A DNA stretch of 1,038 bases from Naegleria gruberi (taxonomy: Eukaryota): the NCBI GenBank assembly GCA_000004985.1, contig GG739602.1; one strand, written 5' to 3'. Positions within the stretch are counted from its first letter, which is position 1, and each line of letters begins with the position of its first letter. Below the pieces are notes generated by a model that ran no database searches, was not told where the DNA came from, and saw only the letters and a program-made list of their open reading frames with translations. Positions 1 through 1,038 of the stretch are shown here, piece after piece. Position numbers and translations under genes: made by a program.

Positions 1-368
1 AGACTTGAGTCATTATGATCTGAAGGGTTGAGCATGAGTTTTGAATCACCCTGCCACCAATTTGCTCTGTTACATACGGCATCAGAAAGTGTTTCTCCCT
101 TTCCAAAAATAAATATTCCCTCTGTTGAAATAGGAGATTTAACAGCCCAAACAACAGATTTTGTAGGTCTTGTACAATATTCCAAAGGAATAATTAAGGA
201 ATTGGTTAAGGAAAATAATTGGTCCTCCTTGTACCATTCCAGGAACAATTTGGTTTGGTTGACAAAGGTACTCTTTAGGGGACCACTAAAGGTTGATAAA
301 TCAAGATGGACAACCACTGGATCCTGTTCTTCTTCTGTTGATGTCCTTGCTTCTTGTGATGGATTCAT
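1..368 (-). CDS. Hypothetical protein, N-terminal 122 codons. The CDS is 5'-complete and continues beyond position 1. Translation: MNPSQEARTSTEEEQDPVVVHLDLSTFSGPLKSTFVNQTKLFLEWYKEDQLFSLTNSLIIPLEYCTRPTKSVVWAVKSPISTEGIFIFGKGETLSDAVCNRANWWQGDSKLMLNPSDHNDSS...
   Basis: I reverse-complemented and translated this by hand. The frame is open from the ATG at 368..366 to the window edge with no stops. The ATG context is gaatcATGa, with A at -3, preceded by an A-rich leader (aaaaaaaatcaaaacaacaagacgaatc) and a TATTTATAAAAAAAA element. The N-terminus is acidic and Ser/Thr-rich (STEEEQD), followed by a mixed hydrophobic/charged segment of normal protein-like composition. The minus strand is purine-rich here (gaa gaa gaa cag gat...), as sense strands usually are. 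The frame actually stays open upstream to an ATG at 431..429, with a stop at 437..435, so the true start is uncertain. I did not recognise the product. Confidence 0.55.
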   Translation of the reverse strand, partial: MNPSQEARTSTEEEQDPVVVHLDLSTFSGPLKSTFVNQTKLFLEWYKEDQLFSLTNSLIIPLEYCTRPTKSVVWAVKSPISTEGIFIFGKGETLSDAVCNRANWWQGDSKLMLNPSDHNDSS

Positions 369-385
369 GATTCGTCTTGTTGTTT

Positions 386-410
386 TGATTTTTTTTATAA
401 ATAAAATGGT
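386..410 (-). promoter_or_regulatory. Poly(dA:dT) tract plus TATA-like element (minus-strand reading: CCATTTTATTTATAAAAAAAATC), about 20-45 bp upstream of the minus-strand ATG.
   Basis: This is read directly from the sequence. The plus strand at 386..410 is gattttttttataaataaaatggtt. Its position relative to the ATG at 368 fits a core-promoter/TATA role in a eukaryotic reading. It would instead be coding (..ILFIKKIK..) if the ATG at 431 is the real start. Confidence 0.3.
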
Positions 411-531
411 TATTTGATGCTTGGCATACATATTTTAAAGTTGGAATTGAGCCTATTTTTGTATGAATGGTGGAAATTGCGTTACATCTAAGGTTTCCTT
501 AATATATTTTGTTAGGTGGTTAAAAAAATTC

Positions 532-681
532 ATGATGTACACAGAACCATCCACGGAGCAACCTATTATTCCTCTGGAAACAGCACTCCATCACCTAATC
601 AAACCGAAAAAAGAAAATTTGATGGCTTTTGTCTTGCTAATATTGCCGATTACATTCAACGTCTTATTCAACGTCTATTAG
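532..681 (+). other. Candidate small ORF of 50 aa: MMYTEPSTEQPIIPLETALHHLIKPKKENLMAFVLLILPITFNVLFNVY. Its coding status is unproven.
   Basis: This is the ATG-initiated (ATGATG) portion of the 463..681 track ORF. An AGGTGG-like sequence sits at 515..520, 11 nt upstream, which would be an over-long Shine-Dalgarno spacer. The C-terminal approximately 20 residues are hydrophobic (LMAFVLLILPITFNVLFNVY). It lies in the putative intergenic region and overlaps the 516..791 open frame. Confidence 0.12.
654..677. repeat. Tandem direct duplication of a 12-bp unit: ATTCAACGTCTT | ATTCAACGTCTA, 11 of 12 identical.
   Basis: Read directly. Unit 1 is 654..665 and unit 2 is 666..677. Each unit has an ACGT core. 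The preceding 12 bp (attgccgattac) is unrelated, so there are exactly two copies. Confidence 0.85.
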
Positions 682-857
682 GGAAGCCAAAATTACTTAT
701 GATGACTTTCCAACAGTTTCAAAAAGTATTATTTCAAGTATTTTACTTTGGGTTGATAAACTGGTCTCACCTCTGTAGTGAGTCCAAGTGAAGACATGGT
801 ACAAGACGGTCAAATATGGATAGAAACTCAAATCAAGAATAATGTGGATCCAGAAAA

Positions 858-1038
858 ATGTATGATGAATCCTTGGGACAATATTTAAAACTAAATGGTT
901 GGAATAATGACTGTTTAATCACTGATGGTGAATTTGAGCGAATTATTCATGAAATTATAATTAATCATGAATTTACATATAATTTCATTAAATTGGAAAG
1001 TCACGAGAAATTTATTCGTGCATTACCTGTCATGAAGG
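858..1038 (+). CDS. Hypothetical protein, N-terminal 60 codons. The 3' end is beyond the window. Translation: MYDESLGQYLKLNGWNNDCLITDGEFERIIHEIIINHEFTYNFIKLESHEKFIRALPVMK...
   Basis: Translated by hand. The frame is open from the ATG at 858 to the window end, 181 nt. The nearest upstream in-frame stop is the TAA at 840..842. The context is agaaaaATGt, with A at -3. The strand is purine-rich, and the peptide has mixed composition with acidic and aromatic residues. It is not in the supplied ORF track, presumably because it is edge-truncated. Only 60 codons are visible, and a competing overlapping ORF sits at 796..888 in another frame. Confidence 0.4.
   Translation, partial: MYDESLGQYLKLNGWNNDCLITDGEFERIIHEIIINHEFTYNFIKLESHEKFIRALPVMK

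Larger units (their letters stand above)
369..857. promoter_or_regulatory. Putative shared, bidirectional upstream region between divergently oriented genes.
   Basis: This lies between the minus-strand ATG at 368 and the plus-strand ATG at 858. No ATG-initiated ORF of convincing length or composition falls in it. It has homopolymeric A/T tracts (T8 at 389..396, A7 at 522..528, A6 at 606..611) of the kind found in nucleosome-depleted promoters of AT-rich eukaryotes. Assignment as a promoter is inference from gene orientation alone. Confidence 0.35.

Noticed and set aside
28-417. Plus-strand ORF of 129 aa from the supplied track (TTG start, first ATG at 34).
   Set aside because: It is entirely antisense to a longer minus-strand open frame that runs beyond the window edge. 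The plus strand is pyrimidine-rich here (ttcttcttctgttg...), typical of an antisense shadow. Its C-terminus (RLVVLIFFINKMVI) is encoded by the T8/TATA-like tract. I kept it only as an alternative in the findings.
424-436. GCATACATATTTT, loosely reminiscent of a Rap1-type (ACACCCATACAT) site. An AAAATTT RRPE-like heptamer also sits at 615..621.
   Set aside because: These are partial matches only; the Rap1 core ACCC is absent. Short A/T-rich motifs are expected by chance in this composition, and I cannot support a specific factor assignment without a scan.
515-534. AGGTGG, a Shine-Dalgarno-like sequence, upstream of ATGATG at 532.
   Set aside because: The spacer is about 11 nt, longer than optimal. 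Neither of the two better-supported genes has any Shine-Dalgarno sequence, so a prokaryotic interpretation of this single site is not favoured.
516-791. Plus-strand ORF of 91 aa from the supplied track.
   Set aside because: It begins with GTG immediately after a TAG, and the first in-frame ATG is not until about 699. There is no ribosome-binding-site-like sequence upstream of 516. Under the eukaryote-like reading it is not initiable as a 91-aa product, and the composition is not compelling. I mention it only in the context of the overlapping-frame observation.
318-852. Two copies of TGGATCC (318..324 and 846..852), each containing a BamHI site.
   Set aside because: A 7-bp identity occurring twice in 1 kb is within chance expectation. 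There is no extended similarity around either copy.
859-930. A possible spliceosomal intron beginning at GTATGA (860..865), which could join the 796 and 858 frames.
   Set aside because: GTATGA is at best a rare 5' splice-site variant. I found no TACTAAC-like branch point downstream; the nearest is aactaaa at about 889, which does not fit. I see no convincing 3' YAG placement that would restore a single frame.
953-962. Perfect palindrome AATTATAATT, and other short AT-only palindromes.
   Set aside because: These are trivial in AT-rich sequence. This one lies inside the putative coding region and has no GC-rich stem or following T-tract that would indicate a terminator.

Overview
This is an AT-rich window, roughly one-third GC by eye. 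I read it as a divergent gene pair flanking a shared upstream region of about 490 bp. A minus-strand CDS begins at the ATG at 368..366 and stays open through position 1, so it is 5'-complete and runs off the left edge. It has a competing in-frame ATG at 431..429. A plus-strand CDS begins at the ATG at 858 and runs off the right edge, with 60 codons visible. I did not recognise either product. The features look eukaryotic, most likely fungal or yeast-like, rather than prokaryotic. There are no Shine-Dalgarno motifs where they would be needed. The leaders are A-rich with A at -3 of the ATGs. A poly(dA:dT)/TATA-like tract sits about 20-45 bp upstream of the minus-strand ATG, and that protein starts with an acidic Ser/Thr-rich N-terminus. 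Both putative sense strands are purine-loaded. The intergenic region has one near-perfect 12-bp tandem duplication, two overlapping medium-length ORFs in different frames, and a 30-codon ORF overlapping the start of the plus gene out of frame. I see no RNA gene, CRISPR array, mobile-element terminus or multi-gene system. In ~1 kb with both genes truncated, I cannot support a claim of a novel system. The separate observations follow.
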